DNA of 62,000 nt from Diadema setosum (Eukaryota). The notes below the pieces were generated by a model. It did not search any database and had not been told where the DNA came from. It saw only the letters and a program-made list of their open reading frames with translations. The stretch is from assembly GCF_964275005.1 (NCBI RefSeq), contig NC_092704.1:35154001-35216000 (forward strand). Direction: 5' to 3'. Position 1 is the first letter of the stretch; every line of letters starts with the position of its first letter. The translations under genes were made by a program, and so were the position numbers. This document shows positions 43,707 to 56,887 of this stretch, in pieces.

Positions 43707-45962
43707 AAATATATGTGTGCACTTCACATTCATGTTAGGAACATAGTTAATATTTATGTGAGTTGTTAAATTCATGAGGAAATCCTGACTAGCAAAATTT
43801 GTGAAAATAAAACCCTGCAATCCAGTATAATATAAGTTTGGCATCATTAGCTTAAGCTGCAGTTGGGCAATGCTTATTTACAGTATGCAGTTGATGTAAA
43901 TAGCTTCTTGGTTTTTGCACATATTTTAACTAGAAAAACTTTAATATGAGAGTACATTCTACAGTATTTCACTTACGTGTGGTCATGCCCGCACTGATTC
44001 TAAGGGGAGATCCTTAGGAATCATGGAGTAAGATGTTGGTATTGGGAAAAGCTGCTGTAATCCGTGCAGGTTATTGAGCAAGTAAAAACAATGATGTTCA
44101 GGAGTACAGATCAGGATTTGAATGATAGCGTAGAGGACATAGATCAGGCTGGTAAAAAGCATGCCGGAGTGGTGTGTTTACACTTTACAAACACAGACTT
44201 TGCCCTCTTACCTCCCAGTGACCACTGACTCAACCTTAATGAATCACTCATTAAACCATGAACCTTTATCACACCTGAACCTTGTTTTTCTTTTTAATTT
44301 AGATCATTAGAGAAGGTGTTGATAGGGCAGTTTAACCTCACACTGTGATACAACCTCCTGCAAAGTCAAAGCGTCAATACATTTTGTGAGAACAAAGTTG
44401 ATAGACTTGTCTAATTGAATACAGGTTGTTGCTATGTTAGGCACACTGTTCTGTTATGAATAAAAAGTTAAGTGTGTTATTCAATCTGCTGAAGCTTACA
44501 ATCAAGTACCACTGGTATATTTAGTTATCTTACTGTACTTTGAAACTAACCACAAAAATAACACGTCACTGTGGTCAAAAAGAAGGATATAGACCAATGT
44601 ACCATAACACAAAGGCTGATGGTTACAGTGTTATATCCCATCCTGACAAAATCTCCCATTTTTAATCTCACCTATGAAATGTAAGAGGATGCCAATTGTT
44701 TCAAAAGGTAAGGAACAATGTTCAATATTGAAAGAAAGATATTATTCAGAGGGGTGAAGGTTCAGGTGTGAGTTTCTTCAGTTTGTCTCCCTCTACAAAT
44801 TAAAACAAATTAAAAATTTGTAGAGGGAGACAAACTGAAGAAACTGACACCTGAATATTCAATATTCTTTGAATTCTGTGGAGGCTCTGTATATCAACAA
44901 CCATGAACATAATACAATTTAAAGCATGCAAACTTGTCTGTGTTGATAAGTACTGCAATAATTAAAAATATCAATCCATCATTTTGATACGAAATTTGTT
45001 TTCAACCTTTAAACATCATATGAAATTCATTTCATCTTACAATTGTATATATCGCCTGTGAAAGAAAAGGGGGAAGAGAATACAAACCCATTGATGAAAA
45101 CATCCCTGATACCAAGAGTCCTGTTTACTGCTCATCTGTACCTGTAAGTTCTGCAAGTTGTGTCTTTTTGGATGAGAATTGACAGAAATTGAACAGGCTA
45201 GTGGGGAAAGGGCTTGCTTTTGACATTGTAGCAGCAGTTAGAGTACCCATGGTCCAGTGATTAAAGCCTACAAGCCCCCCAGTGATTTTCTTTGTAAATG
45301 CCTTCCACTGAGTGAAAGCGATGGCCCAAGACCATTTTTTGTTTCCTTCTTCTATCAAAACCACAAAGCCCTTATTCCCCCTCATATACCACATACTACC
45401 ATGGCCCTTCTCTTTTCTTACTGTCTCTTTTCTTTATGGCTGCCTGAGTTCATTGACCTCTGAGTGAGAAAGGATACAATGGTCTAGCTGTCCCTAACAT
45501 CATCCCTTTTTTGTCAGCTCCTTTGTGAAGCATCACCTGGTAGCTCCACAGGATACCTCTTGATTATTACCCTAACTCCTTAATCCCCTAATCCAAGGGA
45601 TTAAATCTCTCAATATCCACAGTCTCAAAGATGGACACAAAGTATACATGGTATTGAGGATGTTTGGCCCTACAGCTTGAATTAATCCTTAGGCATGATA
45701 AGCATGGCAAAGTGTGTGTACTGAAGTAAAGACTCTGAAGCACTTGAAAGAGTTGTCACATGAAGATGACAGGAAAATCTTGAATTTACATTTATTTCTG
45801 AATGGCAACATAATTGAGATTCTTCATGCTTGGCATTTAATACAGTACTTGAATTATGCTAACCATAACAGGCTGCTGGGCTTTTGTTTTTTCCTTATAT
45901 GCAATTAGATGATACTGAGTTTTAATATGGCTGATTTTTTTTTTTCAAATGATAATCAGCTA

Positions 45963-46184
45963 CTGTATATGCTGTTATTTTCGCATACAGATATTTTTCG
46001 CGAATGACGAGGCCATAGACATTTTCGTGAGATGTTGTTTTCGCGAATTGACACTGATGCTTAGGTTAATGCACTACTAAAAGGGAACATGGAGACATTT
46101 TTGCGTATTGTTAAATTCGCGATCCAACTGTGATTCGCGAAATTCATGAAAATTAAACCCTCGCGAAAATAACAGCTTATACAG
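45963..46184. mobile_element. Tc1/mariner-type MITE
   Basis: TA-ctgtatatgctgttattttcgc...gcgaaaataacagcttatacag-TA. Confidence 0.8.
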
Positions 46185-48417
46185 TATTTGAATCAGTGAC
46201 ATTCCAAGATGTAAATTAACTCCAGCTCTAGATAGTAAACCCATGTCTACTCATAAATGGAATGTAGGGCCTACATTGTTCTTCTATAATCATAAACCAA
46301 GTTGCACTAACAACAAGCAGAAGTAAACAAACAAACAAACCTAAAAATTTGACACAATCTGACAATTAAAGGAAAAAAAAGAATCCTTTTCTGGTGCAAT
46401 TTAGGCTAATGAGCTGACAAGCACAAATGGTGCATCATCAAGGCTGCAGAACTGAAGGTATGCTGGCATGTGTGTGTGTTCATATATCATACAAGAAGCA
46501 GATGGCAGGCATGTACAACATGTCTATTATGCAGGCATGTGTAGGTAATTAACTTTCAAGATACCTATGAATGTTCAAAGCGATATTCTGTAGCAATCAT
46601 TGTGAAAACTGTAAAACTGATTTTTTTTTCTTCTTTTTGTTATTCCCAATCCAAGAACAGAAAAGCAAAGAAGCACAATATGGCTTCTAAACTGAACATC
46701 AGAACATTCCAATACTATAGTTAATGTAGTTTGTGAGAACCACTTTGAACAAAATAGTATACTTAAAGCTGTCATGAAAAGTGTGAGAGATGTTGTGACA
46801 TTGTTCTAACAGTAGATGACCCTGAATTAATCTGGTTTATAAGACAAGGATCAGAAAGCATATCATTAGCATGTCTGAAATCAATCTCTTTCTACTCATT
46901 CAGTCCTATGCTGGGTTTCTTTCATTGAAAAGCACTTGAAAAGCACCAAAAAAAAATTACTTCTCAAGGCAACCTATAGCATGTATTTGTCTGATCTATA
47001 GGTGAAAGGAGAGAGAGAGAAAAAAAATTGTGTTCCCCCTGTAGTCCTGCAAAACTATACATCACAGGGCCTTGTACATTATCACCTGGAATATATTCCA
47101 AGAACGTCTGGAGAGTCAGCTATTGAGTCCACTATTTAAGTCCCTACCAAGGATGGCATCCCAAGGAAGATTAGCTAAAGACCATTAAGAGACACTTGGG
47201 GCTGATCAAAACAATTTGTCCCCGTTCCTAGGCCACAAATACAACCAAAACAACTGACTCACGTTTGGCCATCTGATACCAGACACTCCTCCATTTAAAG
47301 GAAGTCTTGCAATATCACTGTCCTTCTACATTTAATCATACTTTGAAAATCAAATAAGAAATCAAAGACTCAAAGCATCACACTTCAGGTGACACTACTA
47401 CGAAACCAGAACTATTCGTGGCATGAAATTTTCGTGACTTGGAGCAGATGTCCTTTTTCACGACATTAAATTTTTGTGAATTGCCACTGGCATTCAATGC
47501 ATAGTGTTGACAAGAACTTTTGCATGCATTTTAAGTGCAAGTGATTGATTTATAGTGATTTTTCAACTTGGATTATGTTATATACAGTGTATTTTTTGTT
47601 ATGGGAAGCAATATTTTTGTCAAAGTTGTTTGAAGGTAATATGTCTGAAAGTTGCAGCAAAAACCCAACTTGATGCAAGAACACAATATTTTGAAAAATT
47701 ACACTCCTTCACGATTAATTTTACTTCCAGATGCTGGAGGCTTTGATAAACTGAAAGATGAAAAGAACAATTTTTCTTTTTCTGTTGATGACTGCCTAAG
47801 TCCTAGATGAATATAAACAGTAGAATAGACACTGACTTTATTGCTGGGAAATGTTCTGTTCTCCTTGAATTTGATGTGGAAAAAAAAAGAGAGAGCATAG
47901 CTTTAAGAAAAGAAGATGATGGGGGGGGGGGTTAGTGTATCTGCAAGGAAAACAAGACTGTCAAGGACAAAATATCTGTTTGATAACTGTGATAAAGGCA
48001 GCTCACTGTAGTAAACAGTGTCATCTTATTTACAATCTTCTCTTCACAACTATGTATGAATAATTATGCACTAGTATTTTAACATCTGATGGACAAATAC
48101 CCAAGTCTCTGCACAGAAAAGGTAACTACTGCACTCAAGACAGCTCTATCACAAAAGTCACAAGAAGTATGTCATACTTGACTGTCATCTTTTTCAGTGA
48201 GACATATCAAGGCTCCAAATGAGTTTTTACACTCAAATCATTTGTTTGGAGAGAAACTGGCTAAACAGGTCAGCATGATATATTAGTTCAAATTGATTAC
48301 TTCATTATTTCAGCAAGTACACCTATGGAAGTATTCTGAAAACTTCTGAGATGGACACTGATTATAACAATTAATGGTCCTTACTGTGACAAGAACCTTA
48401 TGCTATTTAATGGCATC

Positions 48418-48529
48418 ATACTTATCTGACATTCTATAGCAAAATAATGCTTATCTGATACTTATCTGACATTCTATTGCAAAATAATGCTTATCTGATA
48501 CTTATCTGACATTCTATTGCAAAATAATG
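48418..48529. repeat. 40-bp tandem repeat, about 2.8 copies
   Basis: Unit cttatctgacattctat[at]gcaaaataatgcttatctgata. Confidence 0.9.
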
Positions 48530-49527
48530 TTTGTTTGTTTGACAAAGGGAAAGGAATAGATCTGACAGAAAATAACAACAGGTACCTAAAGCTTACTAAC
48601 ATCACAAGCTGAGTCACCATACTACATCACATTCCCCATCTTTACTAAACATGAGTAGATTTCTTGGAATGTCAGCTGTGTTATGATTTGACACATGGGA
48701 TATGCCTTGGGGTCAGACGTAGAGTCATGTGACAGGCTGTATCAACAGTACCAGTCAGCCATTGTTTGGCTGCTGAAAGCTGAACATAAGCTGAACATTT
48801 TCAGCACACAGGACTCCAGCTACTGTATTTCACATTCCATCGTCAAATGCAGGAACAGTAGAGAAAGTTTCAAATAGAGTGAATTATAATGAACTTTCCT
48901 CTTTTTAAGCAAGCTTTTGCGCAACACAGCACATAAGAAACAAGTGTTTGACAGATGCAAAGACAATGAGAGTAGCACATTCAAGTTTGATGGCATAAGA
49001 AGCAAATCCAAAAATGTAATCCAACCAAAGAATGTGATTATCTCAGATTCACACAGGTGAGACAGGTGACAGCAGTAAAATTAATCATTTATGAGCACAT
49101 ACTTGATGGTAAAGTGCAGGTTGCCATGACAACCTCTTACACAAGACTTGTTGTTGTCATGGAAATCCTCTGTGATAAAAGTATGCATAGTAATGTGGCA
49201 TGTAAGAAAAAACCAGACTGCTGCATTCAGATTGAAAAAATAATAGAGAAAGAAAGAATATTCCATTGACTCAGTTGAAATGAATGAAATGAAGAATATG
49301 TCTTTAATATGGCCTCTTTCTTAGGGGAATTCTTTTAAGTAGTCGTACACAACAGATGGCCATTATACACAGGTGGCCACTAAGGCAGGTGTGACTGTAA
49401 TCATTAAATCAGGTCAAAGAAGAATTAAAAGTATAACAACAGCAAATATGCACAGCAAAGTCAAGCACGCATCTGTGACATCAATACACCAACACCTTGA
49501 CGTGGGACGGTCAGTACTGAGTGACAG

Positions 49528-50594
49528 AGACCCCGTTTACAGTGCGGGGCCGGGCTTGGCCGCGGCTGAGCCGCGGCCGAGACCGGCCTCAATTGCGCGG
49601 CCGAGCCTCGCAATTTTGTCCGTTTACACTGCTGGGCTCGGCCGCGCTTTTGATTCAAACCTTTCAATATTTTGTCGTAGTGGCACTCTGCTTGTAAACA
49701 AACCCAATTTGGTATTGTCTGGTTTTCAGACCCTTTGCCAAATGAATTCCGTGGCGACGAAGTCGCCGTTCGGGCAAAGGCCTTTGCCGAAGGAAAAAAA
49801 ATCCTTTGCAGGACAAAACCACCTTAAACTATACTAGTTTTCGACGTTGAGGGGGTTAATATCCTGAATAGCGAAAGATACAGGCAGAGGGTTTGGAAGC
49901 CAGACTAAAATTGGCCGCGCAATTGGCCGCGCATTTGGCCCAGTTTGCGTTTACACCAAGAAGAGGCAGGGCTCGGCCGCGGCTCGGCCGCGGCCGAGAC
50001 CACCTCCAGAGCGAGGCCAAATGCGAGGCCAATTTTGGCCTTGCATTTGGCCTTTTGCGCGTTTACACTGAAGCGGGGCTGGGCTCGGCCGCGGCCGAGC
50101 CGCGGCCGAGCCCAGCGGCCGAGCCTCGCACTGTAAACGGGGTCTGGAGGTGGTCTCGGCCGCGGCCGAGCCCGGCCTCTTCTTGGTGTAAACGCAAACT
50201 GGGCCAAATGCGCGGCCAATTGCGCGGCCAATTTTAGTCTGGCTTCCAAACCCTCTGCCTGTATCTTTCGCTATTCAGGATATTAACCCCCCAACGTCGA
50301 AAACTAGTATAGTTTAAGGTGGTTTTGTCCTGCAAAGGATTTTTTCCTTCGGCAAAGGCCTTTGCCCGAACGGCGACTTCGTCGCCACGGAATTCATTTG
50401 GCAAAGGGTCTGAAAACCAGACAATACCAAATTGCGTTTGTACACAAGCAGAGCGCCACTACGACAAAATATTGAAAGGTTTGAATAAAAAGCGCGGCCG
50501 AGCCCAGCAGTGTAAACGGACAAAATTGCAAGGCTCGGCCGCGCAATTGAGGCCGGACTCGGCAGAGCCCGGCCCCGCACTGTAAACGGGGTCT
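49528..50594. mobile_element. Composite fold-back PIF/Harbinger-like element (complete copy 49528-50145 plus inverted partial copy 50146-50594)
   Basis: AGACCCCGTTTACAGTGCGGGG at both outer ends; CAG TSD (49525-49527 and 50595-50597); a third TIR ends at 50145. Confidence 0.85.
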
Positions 50595-51388
50595 CAGAGC
50601 TCTCTAATCCTTAAATCTTGACACCTTGGCTGCTTTTGAAGAGGAAGAGAGAGAGTCATGAATAATTCATGAGGCTGGGGGATATTGATTGGTGAATGCC
50701 TCAGCCACTGTGATACATCCTTGATGCAAGAAAGTTCACACCTGTAAATGAAATGAACTTTCTGTGTGCTGCTGTGCAATCATGCTGATTTTCCCTATAA
50801 GTGAATTAGGAAGAAACTTTGATTTCATTGAATCCTCATTTAGTATCTTAATTAGCAACTGAATTCCATTTAAAAAAAATGAATATATACATCAATGTGT
50901 CCCGAAATATTTTGTCTAAGGAATATGAACTTACACATGGGCCATAATTGATGTTTGACAACTTGGATGTATTACAAACACTAATGATTTTAATACTAAC
51001 ACTCAGATAACTAGAAATTAACTATCTTTACACTATCACGTATACACCAGATTTATTTTACCAGCATTTTATCTCACTTGATAAATATCTATCTACTGGT
51101 GAGGAACCATTAACAGAATTCCAATTTTATGGTCATTTCAGGTTTGACATAATCAGATTGATATGGTAGATTACGCATTTCATAACTTTTCAAAATTATT
51201 GAATATATAGACTGTATTTTCACAAATTGCGGTAAATCTGCTCACACAGTTCCTCTTTTTTTTTAAGTTAAATATTTAAAATAATGCCAGTCATTATCTT
51301 GATTAATCCTTATATCTTAAGGAGAAATGGGACAAGCATACAGTAAATTTTGAATTTCACAGAAGAGAGAAAAAAATAATACTCATAC

Positions 51389-51427
51389 CTGCCACTTCAT
51401 CCCTTCCTGGTTTTCTCATTTCTTCTC
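51389..51427 (-). CDS. Candidate 39-nt micro-exon (phase 1-1) (G)EEMRKPGRDEVA(G) of the host gene
   Basis: ttttgtgcag| acceptor, CAG|gtatga donor, purine-rich open frame, phase compatible with exon 17813-18000. Confidence 0.55.
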
Positions 51428-54400
51428 CTGCACAAAACCCAAGACAAACAGAGGCTAGATACCACCATGAGAATGAATATCACTAAACCATGACCACATT
51501 TCCTGTGTAAACATTTGTCAGCCAGCCAAATTCCACATTTTTGACAAACATGGTCTCATCATGCGCCAGGCCAAGAGCTACAGACTTCATGGCAATGCAC
51601 TGTGGTGTTTCAAAATCAAACATACAGACATCGATTCATGGAAATGAAACAATGTATTCCAGTGATATGTCATTCTTAAAACAAACAGGACTTGCCTGTT
51701 AGTCATATTTCTTTGGAGAGTAAACAATTTGCAAGCAATCACATTCATGGATAAACCCCAAATCAAATGCCCTTCAAGTATTGATGGTAAACTTTAATTA
51801 CCTGAAGTGACAGAACGCTAGTGAAACTACTTCAGCGGTGAAACTTGATTACGGATTGTTTTAAAAATTGGGTATGATAATAATGTACTCTCTATTTCTC
51901 TAAGGCATCCAAGTGATGCTTAAAATGTTGAAAAGGAAACAACAACTCAATAAGATATCTAAACTAGAAATCACTCCTATTTTCCTTGGGTAATTTGCAC
52001 ATTTGTTAGTCTTTCTTTTCCATCCTTTCCTTCTTTTTTTTTTACAGAACAAATGAAAACATTGTTGTTAGTGGGGAGCAAGGGGTTGACGACTCATGGG
52101 AGGTCTACATGCAGTCTTTAAATTCAATCCTTCCGCTTTTGTCACTGCTATTTGCATAAATATAGTTACCCTTTGAATACAGCCAGACACTATAGAAATG
52201 GGAACAATAAAGACCAGTTTTGAGAGGACGGGAAGAAAAGAAGGAGAAAATGATGCGATCAAATAGTGGGGAGAAAATAATCAATACTATTCACAGTGGA
52301 ATGGTTTCACAAAATACACAGTGGGAAAAAAATGGCGTCCCAGGTCACACGGCATTGATGTATACAACGTACGTCACTGCTGCTTAGGAGAAGATACAGG
52401 ATTTTACATCTGAGTTTCACTGTCTCTTTTTACACCTAAATTTCAGCTTCAAAGGACTTAAATATTTTCCACTGTAAGCACAAAGTACACATTTGTGAAT
52501 TCAGAATGGGTGAACAACTTCAGAAGCTATACACTAATGATGGTATCATATACTGCCATCTTCATTCAACTGTCTGTTCTTTCTCCAAGGGGGTAAAAAA
52601 AATAGTAGACTGAGAAGTTCAGGCACTTTCAAACTCATAAACACGTCCCAACTGTAAATGCCATATTGCAGGCCACATAAAGCTGGGATTTTTTTAAGGA
52701 CAGCCACCAGGGATGTTGACTACACAGGTCGAAACCTTGGCCACCTCCATGGAGTCACAACAAAAATCACAAATTCTACAGCAAGTGTTAAACTAGATTC
52801 AGAGTCCCCAGAGAACCCCAGTCACTGACAAGCAAACCTGCTAAGAATATCAATAATCTGACATGACATATTTAGAGCTAATCTCCTTTTCTCTATCTCC
52901 TTGCTAGTGATTCCTCTTTTCTTTACATCATCTTCACCCTGGTATCGGGAAGAACTCAATGTAGCAAAGGCTCAGAAAGGTCACAAATAATTATTGGTAA
53001 CATATCAAAGCAAACAGTTTCATAATGATATTCATTAGCTTTCTGGAATCATCATATCAAACATATCAACAAATCCACTGGATTCACAAAAAGCAAAGCA
53101 AACAGAAAAGTTCACAAAGTTCACACTCATCATATTCTGTGAAAAACAAAAATGATGATGCATTAAAAATCTGATGATGCACTTTTCTCATCTAGTTGGT
53201 GTTGCTAAATTTGACATGCAAGTATTAAAATTCATGACATGAAAAACCACAGAAACGATGTCCTTCGGAGAGTGACAAACATGTAATGTATCACAATCTC
53301 AAACCCTGTGATTATGATTCATACTGTTTGAATATGCAGCCATCTGTATCAATTATGTCTGTGATAAGAAATCCTTGTCATACATATATCGTGCTGTGAA
53401 GCAGTGCAAATAGACCTATTATCCTCACACTAGAAAACAAAACTCTGCTTTCAGTCATACCTCATGGACAGTAAACCAATCATGGGATCTTTACACTGCC
53501 GTGTGAAATGCACAGTTCCATTACAATCCACTTGAGAATGATCTCCCCAGGCTTCCACGACTTTGCTTCACCAAAATTTAATTTCAGTCATTTGAACTCT
53601 TGCAATGACGCATGTAAGGGGTGAAATCTCCCACACATTGGAACACAAATTCTAATAACAACAAAGATCTACTAGGAAGGGTGCGTACAGAAGAAAAAAA
53701 AATCAATGATTGATCTTATTATCCCATTGAATGAGTTCATTGTGTTCGATTTCTTTTTTTACCTGGAAGCAAAGTGCATCATGCCTGAGGAATGTGCCCC
53801 AGGCGAAGCAACCTCAAGAGAACTTCAGATCCTGCTGCCACTGACCTTTGACCTTGGCTTCCAAATTTGCTAGTCAATATTTACCCTTGAAAACAGTCTG
53901 CGACACAAATGACACTAGAATAGGGCATGAACAAAATGTCTTTTCTTTTCTTTTTTACAGAGACCTCTTGACCTCTCTATTATCCCAGTGTAAATATCTA
54001 CACAGCCAATTTGTGTCTGTACAGTGTTCAGTAGTGTGCACAACACATTGCCAGTGTGCAACCATGGTAAACTAGAAGAGCCTCAGTCGGGGTATATCAC
54101 ATTTATGAGCTGTGAATCATAATTAATTTAACTGAGATATTAAATGTGTCTATATACATTGATGGTTTATGCTGGTATATCTTGGAATGCAGGTTACATT
54201 CTTGGATTCATGCCAGTACATTTTGCTCAGATGTTTGATGTTATTTTTGAGACAGTCATGAAATATATGTGATGACAGAATATCATTACACAACATAGTG
54301 CTATCAAACACATCACAATGATGGTTAATAGTCCTGACATAAAAAGCTGGAAGTTTTTTTTTTCTTATAACCTTTGCACAATACTTTGCTGGTCATTAAG

Positions 54401-56329
54401 CCACACAACATAAAGGTAACAATCACAAACAAAAGGTTTGATTTTCGATAAACATGAAACTGTTTCAAAGTATAACTATTTGCATTCAAAATAGGCCTGA
54501 AATATTATCATTATGACACTTTCTATACACAAAGTATGATTGGATTGTTAATGAATGTATTCATCGTTAGCATAGTTGAAGTATGCTGTCCCTAACTTCA
54601 TGGAATTAATGATAATATTTCCTTACAATATGAATGCACAATGAGAGAACATGTTCAGAAACATTTATGTTAACAATCCAATAAACTGCTCGCTCCCATA
54701 CTGTTGTGTGTCCATGAATATATTTACCTTTTTCTTCGATTGCAATTAAATGCATTAAGGGTAGCTTTAGGCCTACATGTGGTATGCAATGTTCCTTTTT
54801 GGAGGCATAAAGTTCCTTTTTTTTTTTTCCTAGACAAGTCAAGAGAAAGGCAGCAATATTGGATGACTTTGTAGCAGCATTGCAGCGAGCAGACTATGAA
54901 TGACCTCGGACACTTATCTCCTTTTCAAGAGATGTGCCTTCATCTGATGTCACAAAAGGCAAGTCTTCTTAAACTTAGAGGGTTTCATCAGACACTGGGC
55001 AGCCACTAATACCAGAGGGAGTGGTGAGTCATCCTGGATTTGTTCCGGGCAGTTCTTGTGTCTCAGGAGATGTTTGTGTGCTAAGAGAAGTTTTGTCTGT
55101 GGTTTGTTGATTTTGCTGTGGTTATTTTTTGTTCTTTCCAGACACTGGCACTCCACTACCTTCTCAGGTTTTTTCTTTCTTTCTTTTTTTCTTTCCCTCT
55201 GTGCCCTGCATCCGGTTCATTGCATGTAAAAGACACCACCAAGACTCCCACCAAAAAGAGAACACCTTCTCAGACGAGATGGTTCAGTTACCTAGAACAA
55301 TAGCATTCACCCAGTCATCTTTGTAAAGGCATGTTCCTTGGTAGGGCACCTGTTGTTGGTATATGACCCATTTGAGTGACAGGATGAGAGGAAGGGAATT
55401 GGGATCCTTCTGTCCCAGATTCAACGTCTCACAAATTTAACATCATGACATATGTTTGACAGTATATCTCAATGAAACAATGTGTTTGAAAGGAAGCATT
55501 TCTTATTTAAAAGGGTAATTCTTTCAAATTTTGTTTTCTTTCAATAAATCAAAATACAAAATGTACCGTGTAGGCCTTGATCTTTAATATAAAAAAAAAT
55601 ACAGTAGCATAAAATCAACAAATATCTCAACCACTCACATGCAACTCAAAAATAATTATCACAATTTATTTCAAGTTGGTGATAGTTTCTTTGCTACATA
55701 TTCTGTGATATAAACAAAGAATATTTGTTGCTAAGCAGTGATCCCATCCAATTTATTAAAGGAGAGTTGGTAGTTGGTATATTCATTAGTTTGAAATATG
55801 AAAAGCACATTAAACACCCATAATTACAAATATGGCCACTATCCACCAAGTTTAATTCCAACAAGATTATTTAAAGTAATACTTCTGGAATGGAAAAGAG
55901 CTGAATCTAGATATAATAACATTACATGAGGAACATCCTGCCTTTCATTTTCACCTCTACATGAAAGTTTCCACACAGTCCCTGAATGGATGTTTTACAG
56001 AAATGCACAGCAAGAAATGACAGGTGATTCATGAAGAGTCAAATCTGCCAAAAACAGCCAACAAACAGAAAGAAACAGATGTGACAAATGTACAACCAAA
56101 TGCCCTTTATTGACAGGTTGCTGTCAGTGGTGCCTATTCTCTGCTTCAGAAATTTGTACTGGTCACTCTGAGCAGGTAGCCACTAAAGCTACTATGACAC
56201 ATTTGGCCACATTGATAATTACTATAGATTTGCACAATGAATGAAATGGCACTGAAGCTGATTATCAAATATCCTGTATCAAATTGCACAGCTACTGTTA
56301 TCAAATTGTACAGCTACTGTTATCATTAA

Positions 56330-56887
56330 AGGGAAGATAAACCCCAAGAGCAATGTGGATTGAGTGAAAGCAGCAACATTAGTAGAACACATCAGTGAAA
56401 GTTTGAGGAAAATCGGACAATCGATGCAAAAGTTATGAATTTTTAAAGTTTTGGTGTTGGAACCGCTGGATGAGGAGACTACTAGAGGATATGACGTATG
56501 AGTGGACAACAATACAAAGAAAATATAAAGGAAATTCAACAAAAATTCACTTTTCTAGAATCATGAAAGAGCAATGGACCAACCTCTTTCAGAAAGCAGG
56601 GGGAATAATTGCTACCCTTAACATATGTCAATATCAAGTTGATGGAATTTGTAATTTTCATGAAAAATTGATTTTTGTAGAATTTTCTTTATATTTTCTT
56701 GGTATTGTTGTCCACTCATACGTCATAACCTCTAGTAGTCTCCTCATCCAGCGGTTCCAACACCAAAACTTTAAAAATTCATAACTTTTGCATCGATTGT
56801 CCGATTTTCTTCAAACTTTCACTGATGTGTTCTACTAATGTTGCTGCTTTCACTCAATCCACATTGCTCTTGGGGTTTATCTTCCCT
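56330..56887. mobile_element. Kolobok-like palindromic MITE (TTAA TSD); fragment also at ~32358-32438
   Basis: TTAA-agggaagataaaccccaagagc...gctcttggggtttatcttccct-TTAA with inverted arms of about 210 bp. Confidence 0.85.
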
